Positions 1-8,920 of a stretch of DNA of 64,000 nucleotides are shown one piece after another; the first letter of the stretch is position 1; every line of letters begins with the position of its first letter. This DNA comes from Bacteroidota bacterium (lineage in GTDB: Bacteria; Bacteroidota; Ignavibacteria; UBA10030; UBA8401). A model generated the notes under the pieces. The model was not told where the DNA came from. It was given only the letters and a program-made list of their open reading frames with translations, and ran no database searches. Location: contig JAUXTU010000036.1 of NCBI GenBank assembly GCA_030679145.1, positions 86,480-150,479 on the forward strand. The letters run 5' to 3'. Made by a program: the position numbers and the translations under genes.

Positions 1-596
<596 letters not shown>

Positions 597-925
597 TCAA
601 AAAAAATTGTGCTGCTGATGATCGTATTGTTCTCGAGTAGTTCACCCGGAAATCCTGTATTGCAGTGTAGTGTGAATTAAACTGACCATCTATCTGCAAA
701 TACATTGCCAGATTGATTTTGTAAGATTTATTGGAAATTTTTGCAAAACAGAGGGATTTTCAGCAGATTTTTATTAACTATTTTTCAGTTGTAGGAATGT
801 CGGAATTCGGAGTCTTATTTGTAAGAAAGGAAAAAAACGAGATTTCTGTCTGAGAAAAGGGAAACAGGATAAATCTATCCCGATTTCCTCGAAAAAGAAA
901 AATCCCCATAATTTGAAGAACCGAA

Positions 926-1462
926 TTAATGAATGAGTCTTTTGTAAGCAATCGCAATATGGTGCGGTTTCATGAGTTGCTTTTTGCGGGTTGTCCAATT
1001 ATGTATTTCTGATTGGATTTGTTCGACGGTATATTGTGGAAAGTTTTTCATAATAAAATCTACCGTTGCGAGTAATTCTATTCCATACGGGGATTCAAAT
1101 CCTTCAATTAACAACAGAACTTTTTCTATTCGTTCTCTTTGCTCCTGAGTTAAATTTCCTTTGACATATGCATCAACCATAGAAAGGTTTTCTTCATTCA
1201 TGGTTATTACCGTTGCAGGCTTATTATCTTCGTGTCTGAACTGAATAAACGTTCCATTCAGATGTTGAAGCAAATGGAGCAGTTGATGTGAATAGGGACC
1301 ATATTGACTTTTTTCAAATGTAATTCTATCAGTTCCTAAAAAATATGCAAGATATTGCGCAACTAAAGTATTTATGGAATAACCTAAGATACGATAACGG
1401 CTCATCACAAAGACCAGCATTGCTTGCTCGTTGGTTATTGCATAAGTATTGTGAATGCTCAT
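926..1462 (-). CDS. Hypothetical 178-aa protein, last gene of a 3-gene PIN operon.
   Basis: ORF track. It starts 21 nt downstream of the PIN gene on the same strand. I recognise no motif in it. Confidence 0.5.
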   Translation of the reverse strand: MSIHNTYAITNEQAMLVFVMSRYRILGYSINTLVAQYLAYFLGTDRITFEKSQYGPYSHQLLHLLQHLNGTFIQFRHEDNKPATVITMNEENLSMVDAYVKGNLTQEQRERIEKVLLLIEGFESPYGIELLATVDFIMKNFPQYTVEQIQSEIHNWTTRKKQLMKPHHIAIAYKRLIH

Positions 1463-1483
1463 ACCGTACGTTGTCGGTTACTA

Positions 1484-1993
1484 TTACAAATTTAAAATTC
1501 CGAATGTTTCGTGATGCGGAACAGAGAGATTAATAAACTGGAATTTTACGGGTGTATGTTGTTTTAGTAAATCGAAGATTTTTTCACTCTCACCATCGGA
1601 TGAAATATAGTAATCTATCGTAGGTTCAACATCAGCCCGCGCAAATAATTTTGTGTCATTAGGAATGATTGCGCGTTGAGTTACTTGAAGTGATTTTTTA
1701 TGATCGAAAACAATTCTTGCGAATTCACCGGTGCGTTTTGCATGATCTAAATTGAAGGGAAGTATTTGAACTGTTTTAAGAGGAAGTTCCTGAATTGTTC
1801 CGCGAACACAGTACTCGGCAATACTGATTGTGGACACCATCATCACAATATCTTTTTCCAAGAAATATTTGAAGTATCCATCGGCATTGTTAAATAATGG
1901 ATCGGCATCATTGAGGAAACGAAGAAAAAAACTTGTATCAAGCAACACCGATTTATGCGTCATATCCTCCTCGTAGTTCACGGAGCCAGCCAT
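1484..1993 (-). CDS. PIN-domain ribonuclease (VapC-like fold).
   Basis: LLDTSFF motif near the N-terminus, plus acidic residues at about 58 (IAEY), about 110 (IPNDT) and about 135 (SSDGES). This is the classic four-acidic-residue PIN signature. The gene overlaps the upstream gene by 41 nt, which suggests translational coupling. Confidence 0.7.
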   Translation of the reverse strand: MAGSVNYEEDMTHKSVLLDTSFFLRFLNDADPLFNNADGYFKYFLEKDIVMMVSTISIAEYCVRGTIQELPLKTVQILPFNLDHAKRTGEFARIVFDHKKSLQVTQRAIIPNDTKLFARADVEPTIDYYISSDGESEKIFDLLKQHTPVKFQFINLSVPHHETFGILNL

Positions 1994-2738
1994 CGGGGTT
2001 TTTCAACGCTCCAAGCCAGTTTTTTTTCGCCTTGTTTCGCAACGACGTTAAGTATCGGTCATCGTATTTTGGTTGATATTCAACCATTTCAAGAAATTGT
2101 AACGTAGATTTATCTATTTCTCCTGTCTCAGTATGCTGTTTTCCTTTTGCACGGATACCAAAGGTTTTATACAACATATTATCATCGTACGTTTCCAAAA
2201 ATGAGATCGGTGTTTCCACTCGAATAATTCCCTGATCTTCGGTATAGATATGAATATTCGCTTTTTCTTTCCCTCCGGCATTCGTTACTTTGCCGTAGAA
2301 ATAAAATTCAGCATCAGCCCATACTAATTCGGTGCGTTGGAAGTGTGTTGTCCTGTCAATGATTATTTCGTTTGAATTGAGAACTGAAGTAGAAAGTGTA
2401 AACGTGTAATTTTTTTTGACAGCAGTATCTTGAAATTCTTCTATAGCACGAGCGGTTGGGGCATCTAAAAAATCTATTGTTTGCGACTGGTTAATGGAAC
2501 CGATCAAAGCATTAAATCCGATGATGTATTGCAGGGAAGTTTTAAAAATATGGCGCACCGATCCCTCTTCAATTTTATAACTGATAAGAGGACGCTCCTT
2601 TTTTTCACCCGGATACAGAAGGTTTTCGGTTTTTTCCAACACCTCTTTTATTTCCCGAATGTCGTATGTTTCCGGTGAAAGGGGAATATTACCGTGTGAT
2701 CCTGTTATCCGTATTTCTATATAACCAGTTTTTTCCAT
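1953..2738 (-). CDS. Hypothetical 261-aa protein, first gene of the PIN operon.
   Basis: ORF track. No recognisable catalytic motif, and no Walker A motif. AT-rich promoter-like region upstream (2739-2907). Confidence 0.5.
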   Translation of the reverse strand: MEKTGYIEIRITGSHGNIPLSPETYDIREIKEVLEKTENLLYPGEKKERPLISYKIEEGSVRHIFKTSLQYIIGFNALIGSINQSQTIDFLDAPTARAIEEFQDTAVKKNYTFTLSTSVLNSNEIIIDRTTHFQRTELVWADAEFYFYGKVTNAGGKEKANIHIYTEDQGIIRVETPISFLETYDDNMLYKTFGIRAKGKQHTETGEIDKSTLQFLEMVEYQPKYDDRYLTSLRNKAKKNWLGALKNPDGWLRELRGGYDA

Positions 2739-2907
2739 ACACTCAATGTAATAAAAGTGAGTTTTGTTTCAAAGGTACGTCAAATATTGCCAGTAAAATC
2801 AGCAATTTTAAAACGCTATAAACTTCTCATCCAAATAATGCTTCAAATTCCATATCTTCATTACACTTACTTTTTACTATGTTTAATATAGTAATCATTT
2901 ATCGTTG

Positions 2908-3672
2908 TTAATAAATCTCTCCATCCAAGATCTTTCGCGCGATCAGCTTTGTATATTCCGAAAAATCTTTATCGAGCATCCATTTCACCATTCCAAGATT
3001 ATCGGCAACGGGCATTCCTTTGTTCTTGCCGAAGGTAAATATGATCTCACCGTTCTTATCGCGGGAAAATTTTCGATCGTAGTCCAGATATTCACTTTCC
3101 TGGAATGAATATTCGTGCAGCGCATCGGTGGTGGGAGTGATGTCGGAATATTTTTGTAATTGTCCGTTCAACACTTTGATCGTTGCTTCAACATCGGCTT
3201 CGGCGGAGTGGGCATTGATGATCTCTTCATTTGCGTAGAATTTCAATGCGGCGGCAAGATTTCGCGGTTCTTTTTTAAAATAAATGGAAACAGAATCGAT
3301 CACTTTTATTTTTTCAAACGGATTTCTTCCAAGTCCGGCGCGAAGCAATTCTTCCACAAGAAGGGGAATATCGAACTTCGCAATATTATATCCCGCAAGG
3401 TCGCAATCGGAGAAGAACGCAGCAATTTCATTTACCCGCTCACGAAAGGTCGGTTCGTTCACCAGCATTTCATCAGTGATTCCATGAATGGCAGTTGCAC
3501 CGGCAGGAATAGGCATTTCGGGATAGAATCGCTGTAACAACATTGCACGCGATTTATCAGGAAAAATTTTAATGGCGCACAGTTCAATGATCCGGTCTTT
3601 GGTAAGACTGATACCGGTGGTTTCAAGATCAAAAAAAATAAGCGGGCGTTGGAGAATAAGAGTTTCAAGCAT
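2908..3672 (-). CDS. DEDDh 3'-5' exonuclease (DnaQ/epsilon-like) with a C-terminal extension of about 90 aa.
   Basis: Exo I motif FFDLETTG, Exo II motif YNIAKFDIPLL, Exo III motif HSAEADVEAT. Confidence 0.8.
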   Translation of the reverse strand: MLETLILQRPLIFFDLETTGISLTKDRIIELCAIKIFPDKSRAMLLQRFYPEMPIPAGATAIHGITDEMLVNEPTFRERVNEIAAFFSDCDLAGYNIAKFDIPLLVEELLRAGLGRNPFEKIKVIDSVSIYFKKEPRNLAAALKFYANEEIINAHSAEADVEATIKVLNGQLQKYSDITPTTDALHEYSFQESEYLDYDRKFSRDKNGEIIFTFGKNKGMPVADNLGMVKWMLDKDFSEYTKLIARKILDGEIY

Positions 3673-3711
3673 AGTAAAATTGATTAACGATAGTACTGAT
3701 GATAGATAAAA

Positions 3712-3781
3712 CCGTCATGCCCGAATGCTCTTATCGGGCATCTATGTAATGGATTCCCGCTAGAAACATGCGGGAATGACG
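3712..3781. repeat. Palindromic intergenic repeat, CGTCATGCC…GGGAATGACG family. Two nested hairpins.
   Basis: Inverted repeats atgcccgaa/ttcgggcat and attcccgc/gcgggaat. Termini cgtcat…atgacg. Related copies occur at 6240, 11408, 21606, 23695, 24151 and 27474. Confidence 0.6.
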
Positions 3782-3990
3782 TGTATGTTATCCCATGAAT
3801 GATAAATGGGTTGTCGCAATTCTCAAAAGTGATGTCTTTGTCTTGTTTCATTACCGAAAAACACCCAAATTCTATAGAGCAATGGAATTTATCCTACGGT
3901 ACGATTGTTGAGTGATACTAAGACAACATAGAGAAAAAAAATTCATTTTTCTATCAAATTGTGATTCATCTATAATAAAGGAAATGGTGT

Positions 3991-6228
3991 ATGCTTCTGT
4001 TTGGAACATTTGCAATCTATCTTTCACTCTTTGCCGGTCTGCTGTCCATTCTCGGATATGTTCAGGCTGCGAACGGCAACAAGAAAAAATTAACCATCGG
4101 TCGAATTGGATTGAACATCAGTGCACTTGGAATATTTCTCGCGTCCGTTGCGCTAATGACGGATATTCTCCAACATAATTTTGAAAACGCGTACGTGTGG
4201 AGTTACAGTTCGCGCGATCTTTCCACCGCACTGTTGTTCTCTACATTCTGGGCAGGACAGGAAGGAAGTTTTTTATTTTGGACACTCTGCTCCGCACTGC
4301 TGAGTGTGTTTCTGTTATCATACACACGAAAACGAAAATTGGAAGCACACGTACTTCCGGTCTTTCTTGCTATTCAAACATTTTTAGTTGTTTTGCTTAT
4401 CGCAAAATCACCGTTCAAAACTATCTTTGAACAATTTCCCGGAGAACTTTCTCCCGGTCAATTGCCGCTCGACGGACGCGGATTGAATCCACTGCTGCAG
4501 AATTTCTGGATGGTGATCCATCCGCCGGTGTTATTCATCGGATTCGCTGCGGCTGCAATTCCTTTTAGTTTTGCAATTGCGGCGTTGTGGAGAAAAGAAT
4601 ATTCCTCGTGGCTGACGAATGCATTTCCGTGGGTGCTGTTTTCCGGTCTGACGCTTGGTGCAGGATTGATGCTGGGCGCATATTGGGCTTACGGTGTATT
4701 GGGTTGGGGTGGATATTGGGGCTGGGATCCGGTTGAAAATTCTTCGCTGATCCCATGGATCATCTCAATGGCATTGCTTCATACCATGCTTGCTCAATCA
4801 CGGACAGGAAATCTTGTACGAACGAATTTTATCTTTGCCATTCTTCAATTTGTTCTTGTTATCTATTCTACATTCTTAACACGAAGCGGAATTCTTGGCG
4901 AATCATCCGTTCATTCGTTCACCGATCCGGGAACGATCGTCTATAGTTTGTTGATGGTCTTCCTTGCAGGTTCAATCCTTCTCGGCGCCGGATTTTTATT
5001 TCTCCGCCGCGTTGAATTAAAAGCGATTGCAAAACCAATGCATTTTATGACACGCGAGTTTGCATTGTCGCTCGGATCATTCGTCTTGCTGGCTAGTGCA
5101 GCTATTATTTTTTTCGGAACAAGTCTTCCGATCGTTTCATCAACGCAGGTCGATCCGTCATTCTATAACAAGATGCATCTGCCGATTGCAATTTTAATGG
5201 CACTGCTGATCGGATACAGTCTGTTAGTGCGATGGGATATTGAAGATGGAAAAGATCTGCTGGTAAAAGCATGGAAATCATTGACCGCATCATTGGTTGG
5301 AACAGTAGCTATCGCATATTTCAGTATGTGGGAAGCTTCGTATCTGCTTTTCATCTTTGCATCGCTCTTTACATTGTTTGTGAATCTTGAGCAATTGATC
5401 CTGATCATCCGCGGAGACATTCGTATGATGGGAGGAAAAATTGCGCACATCGGCATGGGAATATTTTTGATCGGCGTGATCATCTCGGGATTATTCGATA
5501 AAAAAGAAACAGCAATGCTGGAATTGGGAACAACGCAAAATGTTCTCGGATATTCAGTGACCTACACAGGGAAGAACATTGTTGAAAAGAATAAAACAGC
5601 ATTCTCCGTTTCCGTACAAAAAGAGGGGAGCAACGCACTCCTTCTGCCGACAATGATGGAGACCGAAAACCAGGGAATGATGCGTAATCCCGATATTCAA
5701 TCGTTCTTCACACACGATTTTTATATTTCTCCCTCCGGAATTGAAGAACAGAAGATCGACGAACATGGACACATCACATTAGTGAAAGAAGAGACCGTTA
5801 CGATCGGTTCTGCGCGGGTGACATTTTCCGCGTTCGATATGACCGGACACAATGCAAAGAGTATGGAAGGCGGAACACGGATCGGCGTGAAGCTTGATAT
5901 CGTTTCGGGATATGAAAAAGAAACAGTGATACCGTATGTTATCAATAATGGACAGCAGCAAAAATATTTTGGAGTGAAATCAAAACTGCTCGGCGGAGAG
6001 ATCGAACTGCTGGCAATGAGTATCGGTGGAATGGGAGATGGAAAATCGGCAATTCAGATACAATTGAAAAAAGAGGGAGAAGTAATGCCCCCGATGCAGC
6101 ATAAAGAGGTATTAGTGGTTGAAGCAAGCGTAAAGCCATTCATCAATCTTGTCTGGGTTGGCACGGTACTGGTGCTGCTTGGATTCTTCATTGCAATCTT
6201 ACGAAGGAAACTTGCGGATAGTATATAG
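3991..6228 (+). CDS. Cytochrome c biogenesis heme lyase of the CcmF/CcsA/NrfE family.
   Basis: Polytopic membrane protein carrying the WWD tryptophan-rich motif WGGYWGWDPVENSSLIPW. 745 aa with a C-terminal periplasmic domain. Confidence 0.7.
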   Translation: MLLFGTFAIYLSLFAGLLSILGYVQAANGNKKKLTIGRIGLNISALGIFLASVALMTDILQHNFENAYVWSYSSRDLSTALLFSTFWAGQEGSFLFWTLCSALLSVFLLSYTRKRKLEAHVLPVFLAIQTFLVVLLIAKSPFKTIFEQFPGELSPGQLPLDGRGLNPLLQNFWMVIHPPVLFIGFAAAAIPFSFAIAALWRKEYSSWLTNAFPWVLFSGLTLGAGLMLGAYWAYGVLGWGGYWGWDPVENSSLIPWIISMALLHTMLAQSRTGNLVRTNFIFAILQFVLVIYSTFLTRSGILGESSVHSFTDPGTIVYSLLMVFLAGSILLGAGFLFLRRVELKAIAKPMHFMTREFALSLGSFVLLASAAIIFFGTSLPIVSSTQVDPSFYNKMHLPIAILMALLIGYSLLVRWDIEDGKDLLVKAWKSLTASLVGTVAIAYFSMWEASYLLFIFASLFTLFVNLEQLILIIRGDIRMMGGKIAHIGMGIFLIGVIISGLFDKKETAMLELGTTQNVLGYSVTYTGKNIVEKNKTAFSVSVQKEGSNALLLPTMMETENQGMMRNPDIQSFFTHDFYISPSGIEEQKIDEHGHITLVKEETVTIGSARVTFSAFDMTGHNAKSMEGGTRIGVKLDIVSGYEKETVIPYVINNGQQQKYFGVKSKLLGGEIELLAMSIGGMGDGKSAIQIQLKKEGEVMPPMQHKEVLVVEASVKPFINLVWVGTVLVLLGFFIAILRRKLADSI

Positions 6229-6239
6229 AGTGAATGAAG

Positions 6240-6293
6240 GTCATTGCGAGAGAGCGTAGCGAACGAAGCCTGCCTGACCGGCAGGCAATCTCC
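6240..6293. repeat. Palindromic intergenic repeat, GTCATTGCGAG…GCAATCTC type.
   Basis: gtcattgcgagagagcgtagcgaacgaagc followed by the hairpin ctgcctgaccggcaggc. Confidence 0.6.
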
Positions 6294-6321
6294 TTTAATC
6301 TAACAAATAAAATTACAAAAA

Positions 6322-6357
6322 AGCCTTGCAGAGAAAATTGTCTGCAAGGTTTTTTTA
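6322..6357 (+). terminator. Rho-independent terminator after the ccmF-like gene.
   Basis: Hairpin ccttgcaga-gaaaattg-tctgcaagg followed by TTTTTTT. Confidence 0.7.
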
Positions 6358-6577
6358 TTTTTAAAATAGTAGCAAATTTTTCATTTTCTTTAATTCGGTT
6401 TTGACTATTTTTGTATATAAGAAAACAAAGGAGAATATTAAATTAGTTGTAATGCTCTCATCGTAAGCTTTATTAAATTTAATAAATTCTTTTCAGGTTT
6501 TGAAATGTTAGCACAGATTAGTTTCAACCCTTTAGATCGCAATTGCATTATACAATTTTTCATGAAAGGATGACCAT

Positions 6578-8725
6578 ATGAAAAATATATTCCGATTTTT
6601 ATCAACAATAATTTTTTTATTTAATACTACAAACACCTTGGATGCTCAGTGGAAACAAACGAATGGACCTTATGGAGGCACTATTTGGGCACTTTTGGCA
6701 CACAACAATTATCTATTCGTCGGGGTTCCTGATAAAGGGATATATCGTTCCTCTGACAACGGACAAAGTTGGGTTTTATCGAACACGGGATTAAAAAGTT
6801 ATGGCATCACTTGTTTAACTACAAATGGAAACGATATTTATGCAGGTATTTTTAATGGCGGCGTATTTCGTTCTACCAACAATGGAGATACTTGGACAGA
6901 AAAGAATAGCGGCTTATCAAACATGTTTGTTATGTCACTTGCTGTAAGTGGAAATAGTGTTTTTGCAGGTTGCCAATTCTTTGGATCAAGCTATACCACC
7001 TTACTCTTTCGTTCTTCCAACAATGGGGACAGTTGGGAAAAAGCAGATTCAGGTTTGTATAAAACTGGTAATTTTCCACATTCCGTGAAATATATGGCTT
7101 TAAATGGAGCATTCGTTTTTGCTAGCACTGACTCTGGTGTGTACCGCTCTGTTATTAATGAAAGTAAATGGACGAAAATCATGAGTGGTAATTCCCAACC
7201 AATGCAACCAATTATTACGAAAGGTGATACAATCTTTCTAGGTGCATGGAACAAAGGCATTTTCCGATCAATAGATAATGGAAATAGTTGGGTTGCAGTC
7301 AACACTGGTATTCCTTATAACCCTTATCAGGGTTATTATGCAGCAAGCATTAAGTCGTTTGCTATAAGTAATGGCAATATATTTGCTGGTGGAAGTAATC
7401 AATTGTTTCGTTCAACTGATGGTGGAAATAGCTGGACAAATATTTTTGGGCAAAGTAACTATTATATTAATTGCATAGTTGTGCAAAGTAATTATTTTTA
7501 TTTAGGTACCCAGGCTGATGGTGTATTATTATTAACCAATAATGGCACCGATGTGAACTTGATAAACACGGGTATAATCAATACTAGTATACATTGCCTT
7601 ACAAGTCTTGGCAGTACCATTTTCGCAGGAGGTATGGGCCTATGTATTTCAACGAATAATGGAGATACATGGACAAATACTGCACCTATAGTCAATGGTC
7701 AAAATATTCTATGTTTAGCAACATATGGAAACATTATATATATGGGAACTAATAATTTTGTATATCGTTCCACAGATAATGGATCATATTGGAGTAAAAT
7801 CGGGCTATCTACAACTCATGCATATAATTGCTTTTCCATCTTAGTGAATAACAATGATATTTTCGTAGGGACTGCTGAAGCCGGAGTTTTTTATTCATCG
7901 AACAATGGAGAAATATGGAGCCAAGTTAATACAGGCTTAACCACATTAGACGTTCGTACTTTGATTTTGAGTGATAGCAATATTTTTGTTGGTACTTATG
8001 GTGGTGGAGTTTATCGTTCATCAAATAAGGGTGCCAGCTGGACACCAGTCAGCAATGGCTTGACTAACTCCAATATTCTATCATTAATAAATGCGAGCAA
8101 TACTATATTCGCTGGTACAGAGCATGATGGTGTTTTTCGATCCACAGACAAAGGAGGAAACTGGATAGATGTTTTTCAAGCAGTAAGGAATTACTACAGT
8201 CTGTATTCTTATTTTTATGCAAGGGCGTTTTTAATCGATAATGATAAAATTGTTTCAGTAGGTTCACCATATGGTGTGATTTATTCTACTGACCAAGGAA
8301 ATTCTTGGCAAAGCAAGAATTCTGGATTGTCTAACCCTGAGATTCAAACCATTACCAGGAATGATGAAAATGTCTTTATTGGCACAACCAGTTCGGGTGT
8401 ATGGAAGCGTCCCTTATCTGAGGTGTTAACTGAGGTTGAAAACAAAACAAACATAATTCCAACTGGTTTTATACTAAAACAAAACTATCCCAACCCCTTC
8501 AATCCAACAACAACAATTTCTTTCACTCTTCCATCCAAATCATTTGTCTCATTGAAAATATTTGATGTGATGGGAAGGGAAGTATCAATTTTGATAGATG
8601 AAGAATTATCTGCGGGAAAACAAACTCGACAATGGAATGCTGTTGATGTTGCGAGCGGTATGTATTTCTATCAATTAAAAGCCGGTTCATTTACCGAAAC
8701 AAAAAAACTTTTGTTACTAAGATAA
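6578..8725 (+). CDS. Secreted BNR/Asp-box repeat beta-propeller protein with a T9SS C-terminal sorting domain.
   Basis: Signal peptide. At least 11 S-x-D-x-G-x-(T/S)-W motifs (SSDNGQSW, STNNGDTW, STDGGNSW, and others). C-terminus LKQNYPNPFNPTTTISF…KKLLLLR. Confidence 0.75.
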   Translation: MKNIFRFLSTIIFLFNTTNTLDAQWKQTNGPYGGTIWALLAHNNYLFVGVPDKGIYRSSDNGQSWVLSNTGLKSYGITCLTTNGNDIYAGIFNGGVFRSTNNGDTWTEKNSGLSNMFVMSLAVSGNSVFAGCQFFGSSYTTLLFRSSNNGDSWEKADSGLYKTGNFPHSVKYMALNGAFVFASTDSGVYRSVINESKWTKIMSGNSQPMQPIITKGDTIFLGAWNKGIFRSIDNGNSWVAVNTGIPYNPYQGYYAASIKSFAISNGNIFAGGSNQLFRSTDGGNSWTNIFGQSNYYINCIVVQSNYFYLGTQADGVLLLTNNGTDVNLINTGIINTSIHCLTSLGSTIFAGGMGLCISTNNGDTWTNTAPIVNGQNILCLATYGNIIYMGTNNFVYRSTDNGSYWSKIGLSTTHAYNCFSILVNNNDIFVGTAEAGVFYSSNNGEIWSQVNTGLTTLDVRTLILSDSNIFVGTYGGGVYRSSNKGASWTPVSNGLTNSNILSLINASNTIFAGTEHDGVFRSTDKGGNWIDVFQAVRNYYSLYSYFYARAFLIDNDKIVSVGSPYGVIYSTDQGNSWQSKNSGLSNPEIQTITRNDENVFIGTTSSGVWKRPLSEVLTEVENKTNIIPTGFILKQNYPNPFNPTTTISFTLPSKSFVSLKIFDVMGREVSILIDEELSAGKQTRQWNAVDVASGMYFYQLKAGSFTETKKLLLLR

Positions 8726-8920
8726 ATCATTAAATATTTACTGGACGGGCTGGCACGTTGCAACGCAGCTTACTTGTCCGCCATCTTTTGCCTACACGAA
8801 GTGTTCACTGGGAATGGCATCACGTTGTGATTGGCGGAGCTCCAGTCTGTTAGAACATACGAATTACTTGTTGCGTGCTTACGCGAGTTAGGTGCAAGCC
8901 GAACTTCGACGAAATTTAAA

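Noticed and set aside
3160-3537. 125-aa plus-strand ORF.
   Set aside because: It lies entirely within and antisense to the DEDDh exonuclease gene.
8726-8920. A cobalamin or TPP riboswitch call upstream of the TonB receptor.
   Set aside because: I could not find a B12 box (GCCACTG…) or a TPP CUGAGA signature by eye. It is kept only as a low-interest finding that needs an Rfam scan.
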